From the NCBI GenBank assembly GCA_965263355.1, contig CBDHHL010000032.1:3200001-3264000 (forward strand): DNA of 64,000 nucleotides. Reading direction: 5' to 3'. Position numbers and translations under genes: made by a program. How positions within the stretch are numbered: the stretch's first letter is position 1; each line of letters starts with the position of its first letter. Positions 10,290-20,964 of the stretch are shown piece after piece. The notes under the pieces were generated by a model. The model saw only the letters and a program-made list of their open reading frames with translations, ran no database searches and was not told where the DNA came from. The stretch comes from Leptolyngbyaceae cyanobacterium (lineage in GTDB: Bacteria; Cyanobacteriota; Cyanobacteriia; Phormidesmidales; Phormidesmidaceae).

Positions 10290-11123
10290 CTAACGTGCTA
10301 CAGCCAAGGCAGAGGGTAAAGGAATATTCTCTTCAATTCGATATCCTTGCTGCTCGATCAGGTGTTGCAATTTGCGCACACGTTTTCGGGAAGGTGGATG
10401 ACTGGCCAAAATTGCTAACTCAGGACGCTTTTCCTGACTCAAACGCTCAAAGAAATCAGTTGCTCCGCCTGCATGGCCATAGGTTTGGTTAAGTAAAGTG
10501 AGGCCTATCTGATCAGCCTGTTGTTCTTGCTGCTGTGAGAACTGGGCATTGGAAAGGGTAGAAATACTATTGGTTGCTATGGAGCCTATGGTCCCAAAGT
10601 CACCTAATAATGTCGAAAGGGAAAGACGGATTAAGACCTGGCGACTAAGACCGCGCAGATGGTCACGGTTGGCAAAATGACCAAGCTCATGGCCTAGAAC
10701 CATCATAAGCTCATTTTCGGAGGTGACTTCGGCTAGTAGTCCCTGGTAGATGATGATGCGATCGCCTGGAATCGCCAAGGCATTAACAGTCTCGTCTGGC
10801 ACATATAACACTTGATAAGCTCGATCATTTCTCTGCTCAGTAGGTAAATGCTCTTCTAACCGGTCTAGCAATTGATTTAGCGTATCCTGTGCTGCCGATG
10901 GCTCAGCTTGGGCCTCATAAGTCGGCACAATGGCTCTGCCCAACTGTTGCTCTACGCTGGTTGGAATGAGCCAGACCAAAACACCTGATAACCAAAATGC
11001 AAGGCCGATGGCTAAGCCGATACCTGCAAGAAACAAACCTAACAGTGTCAGTAACTGACGATTGCTAGGTGGTGGCGTTGTGTCACTGTAAGCTGCTGTG
11101 CCAGGAGGCAGTTCAATGGGCAT
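10290..11123 (-). CDS. M48 family Zn metallopeptidase
   Basis: NALAIPG, GHELGH, E.QAD, SHP; N-terminal TM. Confidence 0.92.
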   Translation of the reverse strand: MPIELPPGTAAYSDTTPPPSNRQLLTLLGLFLAGIGLAIGLAFWLSGVLVWLIPTSVEQQLGRAIVPTYEAQAEPSAAQDTLNQLLDRLEEHLPTEQRNDRAYQVLYVPDETVNALAIPGDRIIIYQGLLAEVTSENELMMVLGHELGHFANRDHLRGLSRQVLIRLSLSTLLGDFGTIGSIATNSISTLSNAQFSQQQEQQADQIGLTLLNQTYGHAGGATDFFERLSQEKRPELAILASHPPSRKRVRKLQHLIEQQGYRIEENIPLPSALAVAR

Positions 11124-11129
11124 ATTAAT

Positions 11130-11831
11130 CTAATCGTTGCTTTTTGTTGGTCGGAAAGGATTGAGGAAATTAATTAGCGAGTAGATGTTACGGGACTGCA
11201 CCCACAGGCGTCCTGAACCACTAAAACGAGCTACCAAACCCTCTCCACCAAAAATACCGGTTCTTAACCCCCTAAACGATAGGCCACTAATCATTTCTAC
11301 GTTATAAGTAAGGGTATCTTCAAACGCGACAATATAGCCCGTGTCTACGACATAGTCGCCTTCTACAGGAATTTCTAAAATTGCTCCAAAGGAGCTAAAC
11401 CAAAAGTCTCCTTGCCCTGTAACTTTGAGTAGAAACAGGGATTCTCCACTAAAGAACCCTTTAAATCCTTGAAATTTACTGTCAATGGACACCCCTGGCC
11501 CCGCTGCGACAAAGCCAGACGACTGTACCATCAAATTTTGACTACCATCCAAAACATAGTGCTGAATATCTCCAGGAACACCTGGTGATATATACAATTC
11601 TCCGGGTTGGCCGTTTGCTGTAAATTCGCTGATAAATAGAGATTCGCCCCCCAGCATTCTACCCAGGCCTTGTTTCCATCCTCCTTTCGCTTTTGATTTC
11701 ATGTCGATACAGCTATCCATGGCCGCCATCGCTCCAGCTTCCACAGATACTGTTTGATTGGGCTGGAGGCTGAGCTTGAGTGAAGCGTAGGCAGGGTTAT
11801 GTTCGATGGAATAAGTGATTGTGCTACTCAT
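11130..11831 (-). CDS. TIGR00266/AIM24 family protein (copy 3)
   Basis: EAGAMAAM, GGESLF, VDTGYIVAFE, GEGLV..F.G.G. Confidence 0.92.
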   Translation of the reverse strand: MSSTITYSIEHNPAYASLKLSLQPNQTVSVEAGAMAAMDSCIDMKSKAKGGWKQGLGRMLGGESLFISEFTANGQPGELYISPGVPGDIQHYVLDGSQNLMVQSSGFVAAGPGVSIDSKFQGFKGFFSGESLFLLKVTGQGDFWFSSFGAILEIPVEGDYVVDTGYIVAFEDTLTYNVEMISGLSFRGLRTGIFGGEGLVARFSGSGRLWVQSRNIYSLINFLNPFRPTKSND

Positions 11832-11876
11832 CTGGTGCGATTCCTAGTGGGTGACGGGTTAATGAATAGAGGGCGG

Positions 11877-12018
11877 GGTTCGACTGCGCTCACCCCTGAT
11901 TTTTTCCATGGGCTCAATCCTCGGTTTTTTCTCACTTTTGATTAGGTGAGCGAAGTCGCCATGTATTTACCAGGTGGGCAAAATCGCCATGTATTCGCTA
12001 GGTGAGCGAAGTCGAACC
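11877..12018. repeat. REP-like inverted pair enclosing a 28-bp tandem repeat
   Basis: GGTTCGACTGCGCTCACC (11877-11894) vs GGTGAGCGAAGTCGAACC (12001-12018); 28-bp units at 11944, 11972 and partial 12000. Confidence 0.75.
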
Positions 12019-12695
12019 TAGCGAGGCGGTAATTTACCACCGACTAATTGTCCAAAGGAGCCAGGATTATGGGTTTGGCAAAAGACCTTACCCTGTCCTC
12101 TAAATTGGCAGACAAACCCCTCTCCTCCAAAAAACGCTCCAGCCCAGCTTTTATTGGCTTTAGCGATGTTGTAGTTGAGGGTGTTTTCAAAGGCAACAAT
12201 ATGGCCTGTATCAACGATGTATTCTCCATCGACATCCACGTCATAAATGCCACCAAAGGCGCTGAGTAGGACTAAACCAGAACCGCTAGCTGTGAGCCAG
12301 AAAAGAGATTCTCCTGAAAAGAGACTTTTGAAGCCGGTAAAGCCTAAGTCAATGTCTACTCCAGGGGTGCTAGCCATATAGCCCGTTGATTGAACAATTA
12401 GTTCTGTGTCGTTGAGAGTATAGGGGAGAATGTCGCCAATCAATTTGGGGGCAAGGTATAGCTCTGCAGAGCTATTGCCTGAGCGAAAGACGCTCATAAA
12501 GAGGGACTCTCCCGCGAGCATGCGTTTTAATCCACCGAAAACGCCACCGCCCTTACCCTTACGAAGGGTAGTGCTGACGTTAACAAATCCGCTCATGGCG
12601 ACCATGGCTCCGGCTTCGGCAATTATTTCCTCTTGGGGCTCCATGAAAATTTTTGCGATCGCACTATCCGGCTGATGTAATAGTTCAAGTTTCAT
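12018..12695 (-). CDS. TIGR00266/AIM24 family protein (copy 2)
   Basis: AEAGAMVAM, GESLF, VDTGHIVAFE, GEGF. Confidence 0.92.
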   Translation of the reverse strand: MKLELLHQPDSAIAKIFMEPQEEIIAEAGAMVAMSGFVNVSTTLRKGKGGGVFGGLKRMLAGESLFMSVFRSGNSSAELYLAPKLIGDILPYTLNDTELIVQSTGYMASTPGVDIDLGFTGFKSLFSGESLFWLTASGSGLVLLSAFGGIYDVDVDGEYIVDTGHIVAFENTLNYNIAKANKSWAGAFFGGEGFVCQFRGQGKVFCQTHNPGSFGQLVGGKLPPR

Positions 12696-12747
12696 ACTGT
12701 TCCAAACTCATAAGATTTCAGGTTGGTTGTTGAGTCAGTTTTTTCAC

Positions 12748-13410
12748 CTATCGCAGTTTTGACCTGAGGAATCCAACTAATCCATCCATGCTGCGAGACT
12801 GAAGATATATTTTGCCTCGCCCCGTGAGCCGATTGATAAACCCTTCGCCGGAGGTAATGGAACCCAACATGCCACCGGAAAGGCCAATATTCATTGTGAT
12901 ACTGGGTTCATAGGCCACTAAATGGCCGTTATCGACAATAAATTCATTTTTGACATCTACTTCAGAGAGGCCTCCATAGGCACCAAAGAAGACTAGCCCC
13001 TGACCGCCCAACTTGAGTTTAAATAATCCTTCACCAGCAAACCAGCTAGAAAAGCCTGCCCACCGTAGTTCTACTTTGACTCCGGAACTATGGGCGATGT
13101 AAGCTCCCGGCTGCAGGCACAGCTCATTGCCGTTCAGTTCTATGCGAGTAATGTCGCCAATGGTAGATTGAGTCAGCACTAGCTCTTGGGCGCTATTGGT
13201 CCGATTAGCAAATTGATTTAAAAATAGAGATTCGCCACCGAAAAAAGCCTTTAGCAATCCTGGAATTAGCCCACCAAAAAAGCCTGTGCTCATGGCTATC
13301 TGGCCATCCATGCTAGCCATGGCCCCGGCTTCGGCAAAAATGCGCTCCCCTGGCTCTAAGGTAATAAATAAAGTGGCAAACGCTGGCTTGTAGCGAACTT
13401 CGTACTTCAT
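12748..13410 (-). CDS. TIGR00266/AIM24 family protein (copy 1)
   Basis: AEAGAMASM, GGESLF, VDNGHLVAYE, GEGF. Confidence 0.92.
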   Translation of the reverse strand: MKYEVRYKPAFATLFITLEPGERIFAEAGAMASMDGQIAMSTGFFGGLIPGLLKAFFGGESLFLNQFANRTNSAQELVLTQSTIGDITRIELNGNELCLQPGAYIAHSSGVKVELRWAGFSSWFAGEGLFKLKLGGQGLVFFGAYGGLSEVDVKNEFIVDNGHLVAYEPSITMNIGLSGGMLGSITSGEGFINRLTGRGKIYLQSRSMDGLVGFLRSKLR

Positions 13411-13468
13411 CGCTAACGCTCCCGTAGGTTTAGTCGTGAATGGGTGTAATCCATCTCAGACTACCTAG

Positions 13469-13494
13469 CTGAGGCTGTAAAATAACAGCCTCAG
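13469..13494. terminator. Hairpin downstream of the dehydratase gene
   Basis: CTGAGGCTGT-N6-ACAGCCTCAG perfect 10-bp stem. Confidence 0.5.
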
Positions 13495-13610
13495 TTGATA
13501 AAGCGCAACATAAACATCCATCTAGGTATATGGGGCGCTGAACTTAGTCAGGACTAAAGGGGAGTCCAGATAAATTGTTCTACATTTCAGATAGTTAACT
13601 AGCTCTTAGC

Positions 13611-13994
13611 TCAATCATTATGATGGGAGGGGGCTGCGACATCACTGGTCAACCCTTGTGCCGCTTCATCGGTTTTGGCCGCCATGATGAAATCATTACG
13701 GTGAAGTCCATTGAGGGCATGGGTCCACCAGGTTACGGTGACTTTGCCCCATTCGGTGAGCAAGGCTGGATGATGTTGCTCTGTTTCTGCGATCGCACCC
13801 ACCTTATTAGTAAATTCTAGGGCGGTCTTAAAATCGCCAAAGTTATAGATCCGCTGCAATTGAGAGACACCATCTACATCAATGATCTCCCAATCTGGAA
13901 TCTGAGGCTTGAGTTCTGCAATTTCAGTATCGCTGGCGGGCGGTACCTTTCCACTACAGGGAATACAGGTTTGATTTGTCAGTGAATCACTCAT
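13611..13994 (-). CDS. phhB: Pterin-4-alpha-carbinolamine dehydratase
   Basis: AETEQHHP, WWTHALNGLHRNDFIMAAKTD. Confidence 0.92.
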   Translation of the reverse strand: MSDSLTNQTCIPCSGKVPPASDTEIAELKPQIPDWEIIDVDGVSQLQRIYNFGDFKTALEFTNKVGAIAETEQHHPALLTEWGKVTVTWWTHALNGLHRNDFIMAAKTDEAAQGLTSDVAAPSHHND

Positions 13995-14016
13995 CTATTT
14001 CCCTCCTGGGTTTAGT

Positions 14017-14044
14017 AGGCAAGGACTTGTGTCAGTCCTTGCCT
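14017..14044. terminator. Hairpin 3' of acnB
   Basis: AGGCAAGGACT-N6-AGTCCTTGCCT perfect stem. Confidence 0.55.
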
Positions 14045-14055
14045 CAAGGTTCTCA

Positions 14056-16665
14056 TTAACCGGCTGCAACGGCTTCTTTTTCGATCTTTTCCTCTTCGTC
14101 TTTAGAGATTACCCGACCCTCATCTTCAAACCCTTTAAGTTGGTCAAAGTTGAGATATCGATATAATTCATCTGCAAAAGGATCGATTTTCTTAGCAACA
14201 ATCTCTAAATATTCATCCATATTAGGAATACGGCCTAACAATGCACAGGCTGCCGCTAGTTCAGCTGACCCCAGATACACCTGTGCGCCTTTACCCATGC
14301 GGTTGTTAAAGTTCCGGGTGGAGGTTGAGAATACCGTTGCGCCATCTTCCACACGGGCCTGGTTCCCCATACAGAGAGAACATCCTGGCATCTCAGTCCG
14401 GGCCCCCGCAGCGGCAAAGGTGCCGTAGTAACCTTCCTTACGCAGCTGTTGCTCATCCATGCGGGTGGGTGGACAAATCCAGAGACGCCCTTTGACCGTG
14501 CCAGCTCCTTCAAGCACCTTGGCCGATGCCCGATAGTGACCAATGTTGGTCATACAGGAGCCAATAAAGACCTCATCAACTTTGTTGTCAACAACATCTG
14601 AGAGAGTTTTAATGTTGTCGGGGTCATTAGGGGCAGCAACCAGGGGCTCCTTAATCTCATTGAGATCAATTTCAATCACTTCTGCATATGCCGCATCTTT
14701 GTCCGCTGACATCAGGCTGGGGTTAGCTAACCAATCTTCCATCGCCGCAATCCGTCGAGCCAACGTGCGCGCATCAGCGTACCCACGGGCAATCATATTC
14801 TTCATTAGGGCCACATTTGACCGCAGATATTCAGCGACGGTCTCTTCACTAAGCTTGATGGTGCAACCTGCGGCAGACCGTTCTGCTGTAGCATCAGTCA
14901 GCTCAAAGGCTTGCTCCAGCTTCAGGTCAGGTAAGCCTTCCATCTCAATAATGCGACCGGAGAAAACATTTTTCTTGTTCTTTTTCTCCACGGTCAATAG
15001 CCCTTTCTGAATGGCTACATATGGAATTGCATTAACAATATCTCGCAGCGTAATTCCAGGCTGTAGTTCACCTTTGAATTTGACCAGTACCGACTCCGGC
15101 ATATCCAGTGGCATGGCACCGATAGCTGCAGCAAAGGCCACCAGACCAGATCCGGCTGGGAAGGAGATGCCCAAGGGGAAGCGGGTATGGGAGTCACCAC
15201 CAGTACCAACCGTATCAGGCATCAGCATGCGGTTGAGCCATGAGTGAATGATGCCATCACCAGGTTGTAGCGCGACACCGCCACGGGACGCAAAGAAATC
15301 AGGTAACGTAGCATGGGTTTCCACATCCACTGGTTTCGGATAGGCGGCAGTATGGCAGAAGGTTTGCAGCACTAGGCCTGCACTAAAGCCAAGACAGGCT
15401 AATTCCTTCATCTCATCACGGGTCATGGGACCAGTGGTGTCTTGGGAACCGACAGTTGTCATTAGAGGCTCACAGGACATGCCAGGACGTACACCAGGTA
15501 GACCGCAGGCTTTACCTACCATCTTCTGGGCTAAGGTATATCCCTTGCCAGTCTCCGCTGGGGCTGCAGGCCGTACAAACACATTGCTGGGGTCTAGCCC
15601 TAACGCTGCACGCGTCTTATCTGTCAGGGCACGACCAATCATTAGAGGAATACGCCCACCGGCCCTTACCTCATCTAAAAGGGTGTCAGGGGTGAGACTA
15701 AAGGTGGAAATAACCGTACCATCCTTAGTGATTTCTCCTTTGCGCACGTGGATGGTGACGACATCGCCAGTTTCCATTTGGGAAACGTCACATTCAATGG
15801 GCAGCGCACCGGAGTCTTCTGCTGTATTGAAGAAAATGGGAGCAATTTTACCGCCGAGGATGTAGCCACTTGTTCTCTTGTTAGGAACGTGGGGAATGTC
15901 CTCGCCCAAATGCCAGATGACGGAGTTCATGGCTGACTTGCGGGAAGAGCCGGTACCGACAACGTCACCCACATAGGCAACTGGATTGCCCTTGGTTTTA
16001 AGTTCGGCAATGGTTTCCAGGGCCTTGGGCATTTTCGATTCCAGCATGACCAAACCGTGCAAAGGGATGTCTGGACGGCTAGTGGCATGGGGGGCAGGGG
16101 ATAGATCGTCTGTGTTGGTTTCGCCAGGTACCTTGAAGACTGTGATGTCGATGGTATCGGGGACCTCAGGCTTGTTGGTAAACCACTCTGCGGCGGCCCA
16201 TGCATCGATTACTTGTTGGGCGTAGTTGCTACCGTTGTCATTGCTCTGGGCCACAGCCAGGACATCATTAAAGGCGTCATAGACTAGCAGCGTTTTTTTC
16301 AGGGCATCCGTGGCTGCTTGGGCCAGTTCTGCGTCCGTCGACTTGAGGAGATCAACCAGGGACTGGACGTTATAGCCTCCTAACATGGTGCCGAGTAGTT
16401 GCACGGCGCTGAGGGGGGATATTAACGGACTGGTGGTTTCGCCTTTGGCAATGGCGGTGAGGAAGGAGGCTTTGACATAGGAGGCTTGGTCTACACCGGG
16501 GGGGATGCGATCGCACAGCAAATGCATCAAAAACTCCGCTTCACCCTCTGGTGGAGTTTTTAGAAGTTCACAGAGGTCAGCAGTCTGCTCCGCAGTAAGG
16601 GGTAAGGGGGGAATGCCCAACGCCGCCCGTTGCTCGACATGTTTGCGATAGTGTGTAAGCATCAT
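14056..16665 (-). CDS. acnB: Aconitate hydratase B
   Basis: [53 protein letters not shown]. Confidence 0.98.
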   Translation of the reverse strand: MMLTHYRKHVEQRAALGIPPLPLTAEQTADLCELLKTPPEGEAEFLMHLLCDRIPPGVDQASYVKASFLTAIAKGETTSPLISPLSAVQLLGTMLGGYNVQSLVDLLKSTDAELAQAATDALKKTLLVYDAFNDVLAVAQSNDNGSNYAQQVIDAWAAAEWFTNKPEVPDTIDITVFKVPGETNTDDLSPAPHATSRPDIPLHGLVMLESKMPKALETIAELKTKGNPVAYVGDVVGTGSSRKSAMNSVIWHLGEDIPHVPNKRTSGYILGGKIAPIFFNTAEDSGALPIECDVSQMETGDVVTIHVRKGEITKDGTVISTFSLTPDTLLDEVRAGGRIPLMIGRALTDKTRAALGLDPSNVFVRPAAPAETGKGYTLAQKMVGKACGLPGVRPGMSCEPLMTTVGSQDTTGPMTRDEMKELACLGFSAGLVLQTFCHTAAYPKPVDVETHATLPDFFASRGGVALQPGDGIIHSWLNRMLMPDTVGTGGDSHTRFPLGISFPAGSGLVAFAAAIGAMPLDMPESVLVKFKGELQPGITLRDIVNAIPYVAIQKGLLTVEKKNKKNVFSGRIIEMEGLPDLKLEQAFELTDATAERSAAGCTIKLSEETVAEYLRSNVALMKNMIARGYADARTLARRIAAMEDWLANPSLMSADKDAAYAEVIEIDLNEIKEPLVAAPNDPDNIKTLSDVVDNKVDEVFIGSCMTNIGHYRASAKVLEGAGTVKGRLWICPPTRMDEQQLRKEGYYGTFAAAGARTEMPGCSLCMGNQARVEDGATVFSTSTRNFNNRMGKGAQVYLGSAELAAACALLGRIPNMDEYLEIVAKKIDPFADELYRYLNFDQLKGFEDEGRVISKDEEEKIEKEAVAAG

Positions 16666-16787
16666 TTTTGCTGCGCTCTGAATATAAAGGAATCGGTGCT
16701 TTGCAAAGCCTAAATGCTTAAGGAAATCAGCATTTTAGGCCCATGATTTTACCATTAATCATATAGCAATTTTAAATTTTCATAATG

Positions 16788-16829
16788 ACAAAAAAGGTGC
16801 TGTAGCAGACGCCTGCAGCACCTTTTTGT
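16788..16829 (-). terminator. Intrinsic terminator after mscS
   Basis: AAAAAAGGTGCTGTAG...CTGCAGCACCTTTTT. Confidence 0.75.
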
Positions 16830-16879
16830 TTAGCAAAGTTGATTACTTGTATAAGCAATTTGAGTTGCCTAAAAGTTGT

Positions 16880-17716
16880 CTATGCCGCCTGTTGATGCAC
16901 AGTAAAGTGTTGTGCAGGGGCAGGGAAACCAGCTTGACCAAAGCTCTCACGAATAACTTTGTTGGTATCAAAGTATACCTGCCAGTAGTCGTTGTTGTTG
17001 CAGTAGGGACGTACTGCTAACACAGGCCCCATGGGTGTGAATTCTAAAATCTCTACATCCGGTGCAGGGTCTGTAGAAACATTAGGAATCTCTGCTAAGC
17101 GATCCTTGAGAAGTGAGATTGCTTGGTTTGGATCAACTGTGTTGTCTAGCTGGGCAACCAGGTCAACCCGACGGTAAGGATTGGCCGAAAAGTTTTGGAT
17201 AGTGTCCGAAAAAATGGTGTTGTTGCCGACAAAGGTTTTCACATTGTCCATGGTGTTGATAGTGGTAACAAACAGCCCAATCTCTTCAACAGTTCCAGTA
17301 ATGCCACCAGCTGTAATAAAGTCGCCCACTTTGAAAGGTCGCAAGACTACTAGGAAAGCCCCGGCTGCAAAGTGAGCTAACAAGCCACTCCAGGCTGCCC
17401 CGATGGCAATACCACCTGCTGCTAGGATTGCTGCGAAAGAGGTGGTTTCAACGCCAAAGAAACCTAAAATAGCGACAACTAAGATGATGTTCAGTAAAAC
17501 ACCAAGAGTGGACTTGAGGTAAACGATTAATGTGGGTTCAATCGTGGACTTCTTGAGGCTATTACTTACAAGGCCAATGGCAAACTTGATCAACCATCGT
17601 CCAACAACCCAAAGAATAATTGCCCCAATGATCTTGAGACCCACATCGGCCAGAGTACTCCCGGCACTCTCGAGAATGCCCGACCACGGTCCTGCTTGCA
17701 AAAGAATTGGATTCAT
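16880..17716 (-). CDS. mscS: Small-conductance mechanosensitive channel
   Basis: TTSFAAILAAGGIAIG, RPFKVGDFI..G..GTVEEI, NFS...RRVDL. Confidence 0.93.
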   Translation of the reverse strand: MNPILLQAGPWSGILESAGSTLADVGLKIIGAIILWVVGRWLIKFAIGLVSNSLKKSTIEPTLIVYLKSTLGVLLNIILVVAILGFFGVETTSFAAILAAGGIAIGAAWSGLLAHFAAGAFLVVLRPFKVGDFITAGGITGTVEEIGLFVTTINTMDNVKTFVGNNTIFSDTIQNFSANPYRRVDLVAQLDNTVDPNQAISLLKDRLAEIPNVSTDPAPDVEILEFTPMGPVLAVRPYCNNNDYWQVYFDTNKVIRESFGQAGFPAPAQHFTVHQQAA

Positions 17717-17878
17717 TGTGATTCTATCTAGCCATCAACTTGTTTCAGTGCGTAATTATAATATTGGTTGGTAGAAAGCCAGCTCTTCCGCTAAAACACT
17801 TAAGCTTCTAGCGCATATTGTCGTTTCAGTTGCTTACGCTGAGGCAATATTGTCAATTTACTGCCAGCCATACCGGCT

Positions 17879-18256
17879 ATGTGCTCTGTGAAACATTCGT
17901 CATCATCAAACGCCCTATTACGGCTACGCCTGTATCTAAATTTAGTACCTGTATTTGGAGTGCCGGCTTCTCTATGGACGCTTTACGGGACTAATAGACA
18001 ACCCGAACCAACGTTGAAACAGGTCAGTCGTTTAGCAGTTGTTTTAGGCATGGGATGGCTGTTGGCGACTGTCTTACTCAGTGCTGGTGCCCACAGCGAA
18101 TTTTCTCAAGCCGCCACTCTCCGACTTTGGCTGGTCAACGGGTTTGTCGGTACCGGATATTTTGTAGCAAATTTATGGCTGATGCTGCGGGTGTCCAGAG
18201 GTAAGACTATTAAGTTGCCGGGGCTCACTACGTTGAGTCGACGTCTGCCAGACTAG
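17879..18256 (+). CDS. Hypothetical membrane protein
   Basis: Three hydrophobic segments; LVPVFG...LWTLY; LPG C-terminal motif. Confidence 0.7.
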   Translation: MCSVKHSSSSNALLRLRLYLNLVPVFGVPASLWTLYGTNRQPEPTLKQVSRLAVVLGMGWLLATVLLSAGAHSEFSQAATLRLWLVNGFVGTGYFVANLWLMLRVSRGKTIKLPGLTTLSRRLPD

Positions 18257-18560
18257 TGTTGCGTTTTAATAAGATCCATCTTTTTAGAAAAATATTGCTA
18301 CCATGCTGCTAAAAAATAGACGGCGTTTCTGCGCGATCTTGATTTTTCCTTGCGTTGAGCAATGATAGCTATGCTCAGTCCTTGCGCATATTTAGAACTG
18401 TAGTTTTTCTGCAGCAGCGGTGACCGGTTTTAGCTTGGGCATGGTTTAATTATCCAATCGTAGCTGTGCCGATAATGCTTGCCCTGGCAGCTACAGTTCA
18501 GCTTTTTTACTTATCCAGTTCTATCTAGTTCCAATTACTATCCAGGCTTGAGGTCATTCC

Positions 18561-19970
18561 GTGTCCATTCCACACCGTAAAAATCAACCCGCTCGGCAGC
18601 CCATAAAGAAGAAGAGGGGAGTGGCTAAACATCGCCGTGGTTGGCTGGGCATCCCAAAATGGGCCTGGATCACGTTATCACTGGCTAGTGTGGCGACTAT
18701 TTCAGCAGGCACAGGGGCGTTGCTGGCTGTTTCGATGCATAGTAAGCCGTTATTACAGAGCCAACTTTCCCCTGAAGAGGCCGCTGTTTTTAGTGAAGGT
18801 GAGCCTATTCTCTCCTCCAGCAGCCTGCGCTTACCTCGGTTGACTCGACCGGTCAATATTCTAGTACTTGGGGTTAAGGTATTAACCTCCGATCTGGATA
18901 AACCCATTGAGGGTATGGAAGATCTTGGCTATCACGCTCTAGTCAATTCTTTTGAAGGGTTGTCTGATACCATGCTCCTGCTGCGCTTTAACCCTCGCAC
19001 GGGTCAGCTAGTGGTAATGTCTGTTCCTCGCGATACACGGGCATTAGTTAATGGAGTATTGACTAAAATTAATGAAGCCAATTTAGACGGGGGGCCTGCA
19101 CTCACAGCAGAGTCCTTGAGCGATTTGCTGGGTGGTGTGGCGATTGACCGCTATGTTCGCATTAATGTTCAAGGGGTGGAAAAGCTGATTGATGCCCTAG
19201 GTGGCGTGACGGTTAACGTGCCACAGGATATGAAGTATCAAGATGATAGTCAGCATTTATATATCAATCTTAAGGCCGGTCGTCAGACTCTAGATGGTGA
19301 TCAGGCGCTTCAGTTTCTGCGGTTTCGTTATGACGAAAATGGCGATATTGGCCGAGTGCAACGGCAGCAGACAATGATGCGAGCGGTGATTGAACAGACG
19401 CTTAATCCTACAACGATTGCGCGATTACCCAAAATTTTGTCAGTCATTCAGTCCCACGTAGATACTAATTTGTCTGTCGAAGAATTGGTCGCTTTAGTGG
19501 GGTACGGGGCTCAGACTAGCCGCTCAGATGTGCAGATGTTGATGCTTCCCGGCAACTTCAGTAACCCGTCAGAATATAGTCGCAGTTTCTGGCTGCCAAA
19601 CTATGCTGGGATCGACGAGATGGTAGAGCAATACTTTGGCTTGGAGGCTGCTCAGGTGATGGAGGCTGCAAGTCCTTCATACCTGCGTGTAGTAATTCAA
19701 GATAGTACAGGTGATGACCTTGCTATCCAGTCTTTGATGGACAGTCTGTATGATAGCGGTTACCGTAATGTTAGCCTTGGTTATGACTTAAATGAGGCGC
19801 TGCCGGAAACTCGGATTGTTGCCCAACGGGGAGATCGTGCTAGTGCGTTAATGTTACAGCGGTTCTTACGCGTTGGTGAGGTTCGCGTAGAAAGTACAGG
19901 CAACCTTGAATCAGATATTACAATTCAGTTAGGTGAAGATTGGCTAGGGGAACATGGAGCTGCCCTTTAA
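18561..19970 (+). CDS. LCP (LytR-CpsA-Psr) family protein with LytR C-terminal domain
   Basis: NILVLG, SDTMLL, SVPRD, KINEA, LRFR...DIGRVQRQQ, DITIQLGED. Confidence 0.94.
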   Translation: MSIPHRKNQPARQPIKKKRGVAKHRRGWLGIPKWAWITLSLASVATISAGTGALLAVSMHSKPLLQSQLSPEEAAVFSEGEPILSSSSLRLPRLTRPVNILVLGVKVLTSDLDKPIEGMEDLGYHALVNSFEGLSDTMLLLRFNPRTGQLVVMSVPRDTRALVNGVLTKINEANLDGGPALTAESLSDLLGGVAIDRYVRINVQGVEKLIDALGGVTVNVPQDMKYQDDSQHLYINLKAGRQTLDGDQALQFLRFRYDENGDIGRVQRQQTMMRAVIEQTLNPTTIARLPKILSVIQSHVDTNLSVEELVALVGYGAQTSRSDVQMLMLPGNFSNPSEYSRSFWLPNYAGIDEMVEQYFGLEAAQVMEAASPSYLRVVIQDSTGDDLAIQSLMDSLYDSGYRNVSLGYDLNEALPETRIVAQRGDRASALMLQRFLRVGEVRVESTGNLESDITIQLGEDWLGEHGAAL

Positions 19971-20494
19971 TGGCCAATGATCGTATTTATCAATTGAAGA
20001 TCACCTTAACTGACAGTGACCCCCAGATCTGGCGGCGGTTGTTGGTGAGTGCCAATACAAACTTAGAAGAGCTGCATCGGATTGTGCAGATTGCCATGGG
20101 TTGGCAAAATCTATCAAGTTATCACTATCGTATTGGCAAGCAGCGGTCTGATACGGAGCCTTGTCTGCTGCAAATGCCCTTGAATGAAATTGTACGTGAT
20201 GATTTGGTGCGATTTAGCTATGTGTATGATCTGCGCGATGGCTGGTTTCACACCATCGAGGTAGAAATGGTGCTACCTGCCGATCCTCAAGGGCACTATC
20301 CCCACTGTGTTACTGGGGAATTGCGCTGTCCGCCTGAGGGATGTGGCGGCATCTGGGGGTATAACGAACTCTTGGAAATCCTAAACGACCCTGACGATCC
20401 GCAATATATGGCCCGATGGGATGAAGTGGGTAATGACTTTGATCCCGATTATTTTGATTTGAGTTTGGTTAATATGCAGCTACACGCCGGTTAG
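19970..20494 (+). CDS. Plasmid pRiA4b ORF-3 family protein
   Basis: YQLKITL..IWRRLLV, LH..VQ.AMGW, YVYD..DGWFH, CPPEGCGGIWGY. Confidence 0.88.
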   Translation: MANDRIYQLKITLTDSDPQIWRRLLVSANTNLEELHRIVQIAMGWQNLSSYHYRIGKQRSDTEPCLLQMPLNEIVRDDLVRFSYVYDLRDGWFHTIEVEMVLPADPQGHYPHCVTGELRCPPEGCGGIWGYNELLEILNDPDDPQYMARWDEVGNDFDPDYFDLSLVNMQLHAG

Positions 20495-20505
20495 GGTGAG
20501 GCTAA

Positions 20506-20916
20506 TTATTTCCCTGAGTCAGAAATTTGCTTAAAGTCTTGAGCCGCTTGCTGCCAACCACGACGAATCTGTGGCCCTTGGTAGTGAATAAACCATTGGG
20601 CGCGGATAGCCAATAGCGCCATTTCCATTGGCAAGGTGAACTCGATTAGCCCTTTGCGTCGGAGGGTCCCTACGTAGGTGTCAAACTGCTGTTTTAACTC
20701 ATTTAACTCAGTCAAATACCAGTCAAGGCTGGCATGGCGCAGTGAAGCAGATTTTTTGATTCGCTCTAGCTCTGTTCTAAATGTACTCAGCGAGGCCATA
20801 AATATCTGATCCCGCATCTTATCTTGCAGCATATGCTGACTAAAAAGATGCTGGGTGCTTAAGGCTTGATAGTTCTTATCGGCGATGTGTTGAGAACGCT
20901 TAGAGATGTGCCGCAT
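20506..20916 (-). CDS. Hypothetical protein
   Basis: 136-aa helical ORF filling the gap; family not recognised. Confidence 0.6.
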   Translation of the reverse strand: MRHISKRSQHIADKNYQALSTQHLFSQHMLQDKMRDQIFMASLSTFRTELERIKKSASLRHASLDWYLTELNELKQQFDTYVGTLRRKGLIEFTLPMEMALLAIRAQWFIHYQGPQIRRGWQQAAQDFKQISDSGK

Positions 20917-20964
20917 ACCTATGTATATGAGTGATGAATAAGTGATGAGGACGATGGTGAGAAA

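Noticed and set aside
11944..12018. 28-bp repeats as a mini CRISPR array
   Set aside because: The units are contiguous with no unique spacers, and there are no cas genes in the window
14150..16225. Many short ORFs overlapping acnB
   Set aside because: Shadow frames of a conserved gene; the same applies to short ORFs inside htrA, mscS, sir, pst, thiC, thiOG and ccsA
19970..20494. pRiA4b ORF-3 gene as a sign of an integrated plasmid or IS
   Set aside because: No transposase, integrase or terminal repeats; the family is often chromosomal and the gene is coupled to the LCP gene
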